From positions 17,360,001 to 17,424,000 of the forward strand of contig JBITNC010000002.1 in assembly GCA_050084985.1 (NCBI GenBank): a stretch of DNA of 64,000 bases, read 5' to 3'. Positions 23,290 to 34,900 of this stretch are shown piece by piece (within the stretch, counting starts at the first letter, position 1; each line of letters opens with the position of its first letter). Below the pieces are notes generated by a model. It did not search any database. It was not told the DNA's origin and saw nothing but the letters and a program-made list of their open reading frames with translations. Position numbers and translations under genes: made by a program. The stretch is from Nageia nagi. Lineage: Eukaryota; Plantae; Pinophyta.

Positions 23290-25545
23290 TTAGATCATTT
23301 TATATTATATATATATGGTGCACTTGAATCATATGATATCATATGGTATACTTAGATAATTTCATATCATATATGTGGTGCATTTGGAACATTTCATATC
23401 ATATGGTGTACTTAGATTATTTCATATCATATTGTTGGAGCATTTAGATCATTTTGTATCATATGGTACTATTTTTAAATCATTTAATATTAAATTATAT
23501 ATTATATTTAAATCATTTCATATCACATGGTATATTTATATATTTTAGTGGGAGATGAATTAAATCATTTCTCAGGATAGCCTGCATGGCCAAGAAGGTA
23601 AATAATTTTATCAAATGATATATGGTTGAATCATTTCAGAATATATGATAGATGAGACTAAATTATCACTTTTAGATTGGTTCTTAACACTTAAAAATTT
23701 ATGTCATGACACAAGCACCAAGTAGACACATCCACACACCTAAGAAGCACTTTTTGAAAAATTGCAATGGAACATAAATCCTGATAGACATGTATGCAAA
23801 ATGTGGAATATGCATAATGCAGATAGTTTCATAGATTGCAATGTGAAAGATGCATTATGCAGATACAATTTCATGGGCCTGGTGTATTATTCTTTCATAT
23901 TTGCAAGGATCTTAGGTGGACATTTAGAATATTTTAACATTTAAAGTTTTTCAAGTTTGCTAGTTAAGGGGTTAGAGGAGAGAAAAGGGCATTTTGCAAG
24001 GCAAGACGAGAGGAAATAAGAATTTATATCATTTCATATCATATAGTCTATTTAGATATTTTAGTGTGAGGTCTGAATGAAATCCTTTCTCAAGATAGCT
24101 TTCACGACTAAGAAGGTCAATAATTTTATGCATTTAAATGGTGTATAGTTTCATTATTTTAGAACATATGGTGGATGAAGTCAACTTATCACTTTTAAAC
24201 TAGTTTTTAATACTTAGAAAATTATATCATAACATAATTGACAAACAACCACCAGTAAAGGAGATCACCAATTATGTCATTTGTTAGGAAATGAAGGAGA
24301 TCATAACATATTCTATTATTTTAGAGGTTTCAAATATACTTAGATCATATCATAACAAAATTTCATATCATATAATGTATTTAGATCATTTCATATCATA
24401 TGGTATAGTTGCATCATTTCAAAACATATGAAGTAACCCATAATATGTTCTATTATTTTCAACTCATCGTTATGTATATACAACATGATTCCACTTTGAA
24501 ACCACATGTTTGTATTATAAGTATGTTTTTACCAACTTACCACTTTTGGATCGATTTTTTATACTTATAAAATTCCATATCGCATAGTCTATTTAGATCT
24601 TTCAATTGGAGGTATGAATTTGTTGGAGGTTTAATATAACATATTTGATGCTTCTATTACTTCATGAGGTTTCATATAATATGTTGATGCATTTAGTTCA
24701 TTTCATATCATATATAGTTCACTTGGTTCATTTCATATCATATGATATACTTAAATTATTTTATATCATATGCATGTTGCATTTAGATCATTTCATGTCA
24801 TATTATGCACTTGGATCATATAGGTTGAACAATTGCTTTCCTTCTCCAATTGCCAAGATCTTATGGGTTGGATGTGCACAAAATGGATTTTTTATAGCAT
24901 GAGTGATTCTTGAAGAAGGTATGGACATACATCAAAGAGTAGTTGAAAATGGGTTAACAATATGCATGATGTAGACACAATTTCATGAAATGCAATGATC
25001 ATAGGATATGCACAAAATAAGTTTTCTAGAAAGGCTCTAGAGACTTTTAAGCAGATGCAATTTTTAGATGTAAATCCAAACTCTATAACATTCTCCAACA
25101 TGTGCCACCATGGGAGATCTAGAAGAAGGTATAGACATCTATCAAAGAGTGGTTGAAAATGGTTTTGCATCAAATATAGTGGTTGTGAGTATCATGATAT
25201 ACATGTATACAAAATATGGAACAATACACAAGGCTTGAGAATTATTTGACATGATGCATGATTGCAGGATATGCAATTTTATTTAGATCTTTCAGTGGGA
25301 GTTCTGAATTTGTTGGAGGTTTAAGATAACTTATTTGATGCTTCTATCACTTCATATGTTGGTGCATTTAGATCATTGCATATCATATATAATATACTTG
25401 GTTCATTTCATATCATATGGTGTACTTAAATAATTTCATATCATATACATGGTGCATTTAGATCATTTCATACCATATGGTGTACTTAGATAATTTCATA
25501 TCATATGTTGGTGTATTTATATCATTTCATATCATATGATGCACT
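23290..25545. repeat. Clusters of ~28-32 bp tandem repeats (tggtgcatttagatcatttcatatcata) and shuffled duplicated blocks inside the CACTA element
   Basis: Clusters at ~23290-23540, 24330-24430, 24685-24820 and 25355-25545. Block duplications: 22262~23163~24443, 23540~24058 and 24590~25280. Confidence 0.85.
24860..25265 (+). pseudogene. PLS-class PPR fragment (L-S-P motifs) in + orientation
   Basis: Reads EEGMDIHQRVVENG / MHDVDTIS*NAMIIGYAQNKFSRKALETFKQMQFLDVNPNSITFS / MGDLEEGIDIYQRVVENGFASNIVVVSIMIYMYTKYGTIHKA*ELFDMMHD. Confidence 0.9.
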
Positions 25546-25774
25546 AAAAAATTATTTTTATTCTCTAAGTACCAAGATCTTGTGGGTTGGATTTCTTTGC
25601 CCCTAGGAGACTTGTACGAAGCATAATGCATGGTAACATTATGAATAATCTTGAAACATAACGATGATATATATTGAGAGCTTATAAATGTATCTAACCC
25701 TAACTTATCAAATTCATGATATTTCTTATAGGTTCTCTTAGGGGTTATGACATCTGATCATTGTAATTACATGA

Positions 25775-26490
25775 AATTATCTTTGAGATCTTAGCTTTGA
25801 ATTTCCTAAATACCCATATAAACCTTGAATTGGGTGTGTGTATGTGTCTACTTAGTGCTTCTAAATCGAATGTTGTTGTTCATGCAGGCTATCTTGAGGT
25901 AGCTTTGAACTTCATTGCCAAAATAACCATAAACCTTTAATTGGCTATGTGGATATGTTTACTTAGTGCTTGTAAATCGAATGTTGTGATTGTGAATGTC
26001 CTTATAGACATGTATGAAAAATGTGAAATAATACATAATACTCAAGAATTATTTGACAAGATGCAAACATAATTTCATGGTATGCAATGATGGTAGGATA
26101 CACACAAAATAGATTTTTTGAAAAAGGCCAATCGACACATATGAAAAATGTGAAAGAATACATAAGACCCAAGAATTGTTTGACAAGATGAATGACTTGG
26201 ACATAGTTTCATGGTTTATAATTATTATGGGATACACACAAAATGGGTTTTCTTAAAAGGCCCATAAACACATGAAAAATGTAGAAGAATACATAAGACC
26301 TAGGAATTGTTTACCAAGATGCATTATACAAACATAGTTTTCATGGTCTACAATGATTACAAGATACATACAAAATGGATTTTCTAAAAAATATAAAGAA
26401 GTACAAGGCACAAACATATATGTAGAATGGAGAAGAATACAAGGTCATGGACTATGGAAGATACAAGGTCACGAAGAAGGAAAGCAACTA
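25775..26490 (+). repeat. Inverted copy of the PPR modules: ~2 x 111-bp units, then 3 x ~127-131-bp units
   Basis: ggctatcttgaggtagctttgaacttc is the rc of the 111-bp unit. Anchor atacataa at 26031, 26158 and 26289. The unit resembles DMYEKCGRIHKTQELFDKMH.NIVSWYAM..GYTQNGFFEK. Confidence 0.88.
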
Positions 26491-27331
26491 TTTAATCCAA
26501 AAAATTTCTTGGAGAAAGAAAGCAATTGTTCAATCCAAAATTTTTCTAAGTGTTAAAAATTAGTCCAAAAGTGGTAAGTTGGCAAAATCACACTTGCAAT
26601 ACATATCCTGCAAACATAGAAAAAACTCACATTTCCTACAAATTGGTGAAGGTATGAAGCAAACAAATACACACTACAAAGATTAAGTATTATTATTATT
26701 CTATTTTTCTTTTGGTGCATTTAGATCATATGGTAAGAAGCACATAAGTTGTATGTTGTTCATATTTATTTAACCTAATTATGTATGATGTGTTTATTGA
26801 AATTTGTATACTTTCATAATGATGTGAAATTATTTGATAATTATATGGTGTGCACATAATTTTATTTTTTATGTTAATAGTTCAATTTATTTTCAGTTGT
26901 ACTATGTATTGGAAATGTATAGGTGAAGTGATTGGTCAAATCCATTGGGCTATGCTTCAAGAGCCCATGACCAACACTATATTTGGGCTCACTATGATTG
27001 AGCTTGGGTGTCTTGGGTAACCAAGGTTGGTGTAGCCTAGAAGAATTCTTCCATTTGTAAGAATTCATCTAAGTTATGCTCCTTTTTTTAAATGTAATTA
27101 TTAAGTGATGAGTTAAAATTGCCCCCTTAAACTATAACAAGGTAGTTTAAAACCTCCTCTTTATAACCCTAGGTGGCAGTTTAAAGTACCATATATTGAT
27201 GATTATTACCTGCCACCATATGGGATCAAATTTTGGTAGCACCCTCATAGATGATGGTTAAATAACTACCTGTAAAGATATTAGGTGATGATTTATAAAT
27301 GCCCCCAAAGGTCCTTTTTCATCTAGTGTAC

Positions 27332-28230
27332 CTTCACCCTCTTCCTCCCTTTACAAGAAGTTTGAAAAATCTTTAGATTTATACTCTTATTCTATATTTG
27401 GAAATTAGCTAGGAATAAGATTATCTTCAAAAATGCAAAACCATATATGGATTTTTATCTCATTGATAAATTAAAAATTTTCTTTGATGTATGGCTACAG
27501 ATCATTGACCAAGATCACAAAGTGGAGGTTGAGTTGGTGTACTTACACACCTTGTTGGATTACTAAGGTAATACTCCTTATGCCAATACTCAATTACCTC
27601 CTAGTCACTCACTATAGGATCACTTAAGGTCACACTCATGCCAACATCCTTCATCGTATGTGTGGATGCAACATGTGGACCATCACTAGTATTAGCCTTC
27701 TTTGGTGTGAAAAATGCTACAATGATGTAAGGGCAAGCTTCTCTTACCAAAATGATGGATGGATCATTCAAGCACAACCATTATTAATAATCCAATGCAA
27801 CATAGATGGTCTCATCCTTCCAATCCTATCCAACCTATATCTAGGTGGGGAGATGAAATGGAAAATAATAGTAGCCCCTTTTTCATCCCAATGATGGTTG
27901 GGATTTGATATCCATCCCTTCCAATCAATGGAAGTGCATGGAATATCTTGATACTACCACTCAAGGTGATCTCAATAAGGCCAATGATTTATGTTATATA
28001 TTTGGTTAGCCACTATGTTATGATGGCTTATGCTACTTATTTTTGTAATTATTTTGGACTTTAATGTTCTGACTCATGGTTAGGGTTAATGTGAATAATT
28101 TTTTGGTTTCCTAACCCATAGTTAGGGTTAATATGAGATAATTTTAGGGTGTGTTTTCTACCATCCACCACTCTCTTTTTTATTGTAAAAGGCTTTTTAT
28201 TTCAATAAAATGCATTTTTAACAAAAAAAA
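27332..28230 (+). mobile_element. 3' remainder of the LINE split by the CACTA element
   Basis: In-frame YIWKLARNKIIF (the WxIWKxRN motif of the L1 ORF2 C-terminus), AATAAA at 28204 and an A-run at 28223-28230. Confidence 0.75.
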
Positions 28231-29049
28231 TTTACCTTGATAGGAAAAATAAAATAGAATAAGCTTGCAAAGAATAATAGTATCTTTTCAAATACAATAT
28301 ATATATATACCTTTATAAACCATATTATGAGTGGATCTAATAAAAAAAATTCACTTAACAATGTAACAAGAGGTTGAATATCCAGAAGGTGTAGTTATAA
28401 TGATGCCTTCCTATGTAACACACAACCTTTTATGCATGTGAAATCCTCTAGAGAGATAGGGAACCATACAAGTTGGACTTCGTGCACATTAGAAGGGGGT
28501 GGATGAAGTTGAGAGGTCGCTACATGGTGGGCTAGTCCCCCATGGTGGATGACTCCCACCATCTATCATTTATGTTTATTGTCAACCAATATCATAGTTC
28601 CATACATGATGTCCATGCAAGCTTAGTAATCATCCTACATGACACCTTCCATTTGTAGATCCACATGCTCCATTTGGTGTAGATTTAAAGCCCATGTATT
28701 TCCTTTGGTTTGATATACAAAGACATGTATGTTTCACAATGCCCCATGGTACTCAATGTGGGGTTTCTTATCCTTTTTTGCTTATGTGGCATCCACCTTG
28801 CTTATCCAGTTACTTCATGGGTCTCACTCAACTAAAGAGTGGTAATAAAGGATTTATTTTCCCTTTGATTTTTAATTACATTTTTGAACTTAAGTGGAAC
28901 TTTAAAATGTATAACTTCCTCATTCATAATCATATTTTTATGCAGTTAAAAGAATCAAAGAGTGGAGAAGGAGAGCTTTATCATGGAGATATAAACTTAG
29001 CTTTTAAGATACTTTTATTTTAACCATTTTTAATGATCTCAAACTTTCA

Positions 29050-29444
29050 ATTTCAAATCAATAACAAACATAATGGTAGAGGTGTTGGATTATGTTTGGA
29101 GAATATGGTTTTACATATTATATGATGAAACTTGAGGTTAAAAAAATAATATCCAAGCAGCTAATTGCTTATTTGATGAATTCTTCCTCTTTAAGAAGAG
29201 TTATGAAAGAAACATCCTTGAAATACCAATTTATGAGTTAGATGAAATCCTAGTGATGCACTAGAACTATTTTAAATTTTTGTATTAGGTTTGGTTAATT
29301 GTAAGCATGGTAGAAGCATATGCAAAATGAATCTCAATTACTTCATTGAACTTTGTCTCAAACCCTAAAGGGTTTAGCATATTTAATATGAAGTACCATT
29401 TGATTTTATCTTAGGCCTTTAGATAGTCAATTTCAATATATATA

Positions 29445-29491
<47 letters not shown>

Positions 29492-30900
29492 TTGTTTGGT
29501 CATGAGCCCACTCCATTACTTTGTATACCACTAACATATTACCCAAAATGTAGTAGTTGCAAATAAAATCTATTTGTTTAAGTTGGGTTATAGCTTGGAA
29601 GAGAGGTATGAGCCAAAAAGGAAGAGCCTTGGAAATTATTTTGTATAAAATGTTTAACAAGGTGATGGGTCATTAGTTTGTTATAAGCTCTAGATTATTT
29701 GGTTTTGATATAAACTTTATGTTACCATGGTTAATCATTAAACTAAGAGATCCAATTGCAATTGCTTCTTGATAAACCTTTAAGAGGTCAAGCCTAATTG
29801 TTTCCCATATTGATTTGTAGAATTCACATGGGAATCTAGCTTTGTCATTGGTAACATGAGGCATGGTCCCAAAAAGCTCATCTAGAGTGAGGGTTTATCG
29901 CATAGGTAACATTGAGATTTTAGAAGTTTGTAGTGAACCATTAAAGGCATTCATGTATGGCATGTTCTCTTTGAAGAGAGAGGGGTTGAGAAGCAAAAAC
30001 CTAATAATAATGGAAGGTGAAGGCCTATAAAATATCAAAGTTTTTTATAAGATGTAAATTGAATTCTTGGAGATATTTTAGTTGCATTACTCTATTGTTT
30101 GGGTGGATTTTAAGAACTAATTCATTTTTCATCTTATCCCTAATTTTGAACTAGTGGAGATGGGCTTTTAAGTGGACCCCCCTCACTTTATAAAATTTTG
30201 AGAGTCTAACTTGGTGGTGAATTTATATCATATGAATATTTGCAAATAAGTATTGAAGGATAAGCTTTTAGCTTAAGAGAAGCCACCATAAGCTCATTTT
30301 ACAAAGTTGCATTAGCACATTGGTGAAACCATTAAAGCTTCTAACCAAAGTTGTGTAAGAAGCCTATGAATATTAGGATGAAATTATTCCACCATTCAAT
30401 CTAGCCTCTTATCACCTGGGGAATGAGGGATGAGATTTGAACCATCTTGAATGAAGAACATAGTGGTAGGGCAACAAAGGAAGGATGCATTAAGGTAGAC
30501 TAAGGATTTGTACTTATGAAGGTGATCATGAGATCATTGGATAAAAAATGATACAAATGAATTGTATGATATGGATGTAATTAGAATAATATATATAAAA
30601 GGACCTAATGTGTTATATGTAAAGTATAAAAGATAAGGTATCCTAATCTAACAACATTTATCTATCTAGTCTTTTAACGATTAGATCATCCCTACTTCAA
30701 TGGTTAAATTAGGTGAACCATGACAAATGATGGATATATACCTAACAGAAGTTGAAATAAGGATTTGGAAGTCCTAATCTATTCTTTAGAAAATACAATA
30801 TTGATTGTTCCTTAGTACACTAATACAAGGAAATGTGGAAGGTGGGAGGGAGATGGCCAACCAACATTATAGATTGTAATAATATAGGGTGTTTTTTGGT
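29050..30900 (-). mobile_element. Degenerate LINE ORF2 (RT/EN) fragment
   Basis: ORFs 29673-29864 (FPCEFYKSIWETIRLDLLKVYQEA...NHGNIKFI) and 29451-29660 (LNILYKIISKAL). It is related to the + strand LINE at 13000-13450. Boundaries are approximate. Confidence 0.8.
29436..29488. repeat. (TA)n microsatellite
   Basis: Directly visible, with one interruption. Confidence 0.95.
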
Positions 30901-31599
30901 ACATAAATATTGATAATTCTAAAATAATATTTGAAAAACTCATGAGAGAGCCACACTACATGATTAACATGCTCCACTTCCCATTGGCCACATGGACATG
31001 CCATCAATGAGCTAGGAAGATAACTACATAATCTTGATCATTCTCATAAAATGACATGAAATTTAATCACTTCAATTTCTTGTTAAAAAAATCTAGAGCT
31101 CTATACCTTTATGAGAAGGTTTTTAGTTTATAGTGAACCACATATTTTTAGAATAAGCCCATAAACCCTTACATATGCCATGATATGAAGTTCATGAAGA
31201 TGGGTTAAGATGCATATCACCTATGATGTATTTACCATATTTGATATCTTTTTTTATGAATGTTTTATGTTTCTCACGGAAAAAGGTTGTTATCCTCTAG
31301 TTTTATCACCTTAAATCCTTTTAGGTCTTCAAGAATAACAAACTACATTGATATATAAGGATGTCAATATAATTTGTCACCTCCAATGCCCTTAGGAGGG
31401 CTACGAGTGTAACTACTATATTAGAATAAGTGGAAGTGTTGTAATAGATTCAAGACCCCCTTACGCAAGGCTAAGGTTAATGTCACCAATCCTATTTCCA
31501 TTATTTATCAACTAATTTAAGGTTATCCTATTATAACGTACTTTTAGGAAAATCTCAAATTAATCGATAGTAATCTTGGATTCTCACTTAGATGGCCTA

Positions 31600-34500
31600 G
31601 TATGTAACCCTCCCTATGATCTCTATCAAATTTTTAACCTCAAAAGACCAATAGGTGTAATTAAAAAAGTAAATAATTTTATAAAAGAAAAAGATCTAAT
31701 CAACAATAACTTTTCCAATTAAAAACTTATTAGACCTATGCCAAGTATCCTAAATAAGAAATGGGCATGGAGTCTATGCTAGAGATAAATAAAATGAACA
31801 ATACTCATGTGACAAATCATTCATACATGTAATGATAAGAAATAAATTAATACAAAATAACACACTTTAATAACATTCAATTGAAAAAGGGCATAAATTA
31901 TTGCATCTACACAAAAGATTGATCCAAAGTAGAAGTTGTTGTATTATATTCAAAATGCTTTTAAGAGTCTAAGCTCATCGTCTACAAAACATTATATACT
32001 TGAATACAAAAGAACATCTTGTTGAAATAATCAAACAAATCCTTCAACTAATAACCTCCCTAACCTATATCAAAAAGGACCTTGACATGGCCGCAATGTC
32101 TGGAAATGATCAATAGTGGCTACTTAGTTGGAAAACTCTCCTGTGTAAATAACAAGAAAGAAAGGAAAGGTGATTGTAATATGGAAAAGAGGAATGGAAG
32201 AGATGAACAAGGAACTAAACACAATACATGAGGCTCAAAAAAGATAAATGATGAAAATACCCTTGCTTCTTTATCATCTTCTCCTTTTATAACATCTCAA
32301 TGGTGTATTTTTGCTTTACAAAATATGATGGATTTGATACATATGCTAGCTATCTTGATTTGATTTGATATGATTGATAACTCCTTCCTTCTTCATTTTG
32401 GTGCAATAGTTAATGTTGAAGGTTCTCCTACTAACTATTGCCACATAAAGTTATTTGATAAAGACAACATACTAAAATTAGTGCATTCTATTGGATTCAA
32501 AAACTATTAAATATTGGCATTGTCAGATATCTACCCAATTTGTTACTGTTGAGAGGAATTTCCAAAATTTGTTAGGCACAAAAATTCTTTTCTCAAAAAG
32601 ATACTAACAATACTTATCATAATTAATTTTTACTACAACCCTATGTGTTTTCTTTAGCTATTATTATATATTAATTAATCATTTGACTCATCATCAAATT
32701 TTATTATTATTTTTGTCCTCTTTAGTGATGGTTTCTTTCTAGTAGTTGTCATCCCTACACTTCCTGATGTGGAAGGACATGTTGAGGATAACTTAGAAGG
32801 ATATGTTCCTGAACATGAAGGAAGAGATTTATCATTGGGAGAATTTTTTGAATCACTACATGATTCAACCAATAGAATCGAAATCCATAACTTGAAATTT
32901 GGGGGCACATTTTTGAAAGCCCTTCTTCTTGTCTCCTTAATTCTTTAAAATAATCATAAATCATATTTTCCTTTCTTTGTTTCTTTACTCAACTCATACT
33001 CAAAGTCATCAATTTAATGATGAACTATCATGGAAATGTCAACTTTGGTCATCCAACTCATGTGTCATCTCATAGGATCTATAGTCTCCAAGTCACTTAG
33101 TAAATACAAAACTTATCTATTTTTTTTATGATACCTAACATGGATTGATAACCATTATACAACAAGTGACCAAATATGCATGGTGAAATCATCTATGAGA
33201 TATTTTCACAAACTTCATTACCAATTTCACCTTTGTATCTTCTATCAAATGCCTCACAATTTCTAACACCATTAGGGAAAATAATGCATTATCTGGAAAG
33301 GCTTTCGATGTGAGTTTTAAACTATACACTATGATAAAGAGAATTTCTTAGTCATAAGTAATCCCCCATATGATTATCAACCAAAATGGAAATGTAACAT
33401 TATCATTTAACATTTGTACTATTTATTGTCTATCAACCTTCACAAAACTAGGGTATAATCCAAAAATTCTTAGAAATTCAACTAGATTTAATGAAATGAA
33501 ATTGTCCCCTTGACTTTCTTAAACACTCTATTACGTGGATCAAAATACTTTGCATACCAAACCATTAAGTCTAAGCTAAAACATACTTCGGGATAAATAA
33601 TATTTTCGAGGTTGGAATCCCAACTATGGTAGAAAGGCATCATTCACAGTCTTACTGATTTGGCTTGGCTGTAAAGTCTTCTTGTCAAGGATGCAGAAAT
33701 GAAAGGTGACTCTTCTACCTCTATAAACCTTGAAATTGTTAATACTCCCATTTGATCTAATTGCTCCTCTAATGCAAAATCTTTAGTTATAGTTCCTCTA
33801 AGTATTTCAATGATTTCACTTTTAATAAACTTGCCTACAATTTGTTGGTAATACCCGAGCTTTTGCCTATTGAAAGTCTCCATATATGCTCTTGCCAAAT
33901 TATTTTCTCACCTTTTGATAATTTGGTATAATAATGACAATATACTTAGTTTATCAATTGTGGTATTGATATTCTTAACAACTAACTATCTAACTTTGTG
34001 ACTTGACTCCTCACACATTCCAACCATCCATAATTATATGGATGACTTCACTAAGTCCATTATGATGTCTTTATCTTAATAATTGAGCTAATTTTTTTAC
34101 CTCTTTTAATTATGTTAAGCATTTCATTGGAACATGGTGAAAATAATTTTTGTTGTCAAGGTTGGTGAAGAATTCTTGGGAGTGTACTTTAATCATTATC
34201 TACAAATTTGGCCTAATAGAAAAATATTTTAAGTAGAGTGATGAAAATAATACATGGGAGTTATCATTCTCTTTTGCTTGATGGATTTGATGATAGCAAA
34301 CATCAACATACAAAGGTTTTTGTGTTTCATAATTAGGGAATTTTCAACCAATTAATAGGATTATAAGCAATAGCTTGGTAATGTGGTCTTATAACATTAT
34401 GGCAATCTTTACTAATGCCTACTTGACCATGCACTCAATTCTCTATTATAATTATCGAACAAGAAGGTTTATTCATCCATTAGCCAACTTTTTCCTTCAT

Positions 34501-34900
34501 TGATTAACTTTGGACATGATTTATCCATCAGGTAACCTAATATGAACATCATATTTGGTGTAGTAATTGTTGAATTATCCTAAAATACTCTTAGTCGATT
34601 GTATGTTAGTTGTTATAGGTCTATTCGACAGATTAAGGCCACTTACCCGATTGTTTGGTAACATATTACTTTATCTTTTTTGACCAAAATCTTTCTCAAA
34701 CACCAATTTCACACTTAGTCGACCATTTAGTGATTACTTTAAGTGCATTGCATTAAATGACACTTCTTACCTAATTGTTGACTAACCACTAGTCATGTGC
34801 ATTTTCAGGTCCTCATGCTTAATCAATCCTTGTTTAGGCTTGCATCTTCTTTTATCCAACTGTTATTCCTTACACAACCAAGAGAAAGTTGTTGGCCACA
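31600..34900 (-). mobile_element. Highly decayed, probably retroelement-derived sequence with non-canonical ORF fragments
   Basis: Short minus-strand ORFs (32675-32964, 33644-33898) with many stops and no splice structure. Family not identified. Confidence 0.3.

Larger units (their letters stand above)
15196..27328. mobile_element. Non-autonomous CACTA (En/Spm) DNA transposon carrying PPR gene fragments (Pack-CACTA)
   Basis: Left end cattagatcaaaaaagggttttgggggc matches the rc of the right end cactagatgaaaaaggacctttgggggc at 22/28. 3-bp TSD TAC at 15193-15195 and 27329-27331. Subterminal G/C-run repeats at both ends. The flanks rejoin in frame as LINE ORF2 (WKHSLLSD|TFTL...YIWKLARNKIIF). No transposase seen. 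Confidence 0.88.

Noticed and set aside
24860-26400. Functional PPR gene
   Set aside because: Stops, frameshifts, truncated motifs and mixed orientation. It lies inside TIR/TSD-bounded transposon cargo.
28371-29020. Possible solo LTR starting TGTAACA
   Set aside because: No matching end, TSD, PBS or partner repeat could be identified.
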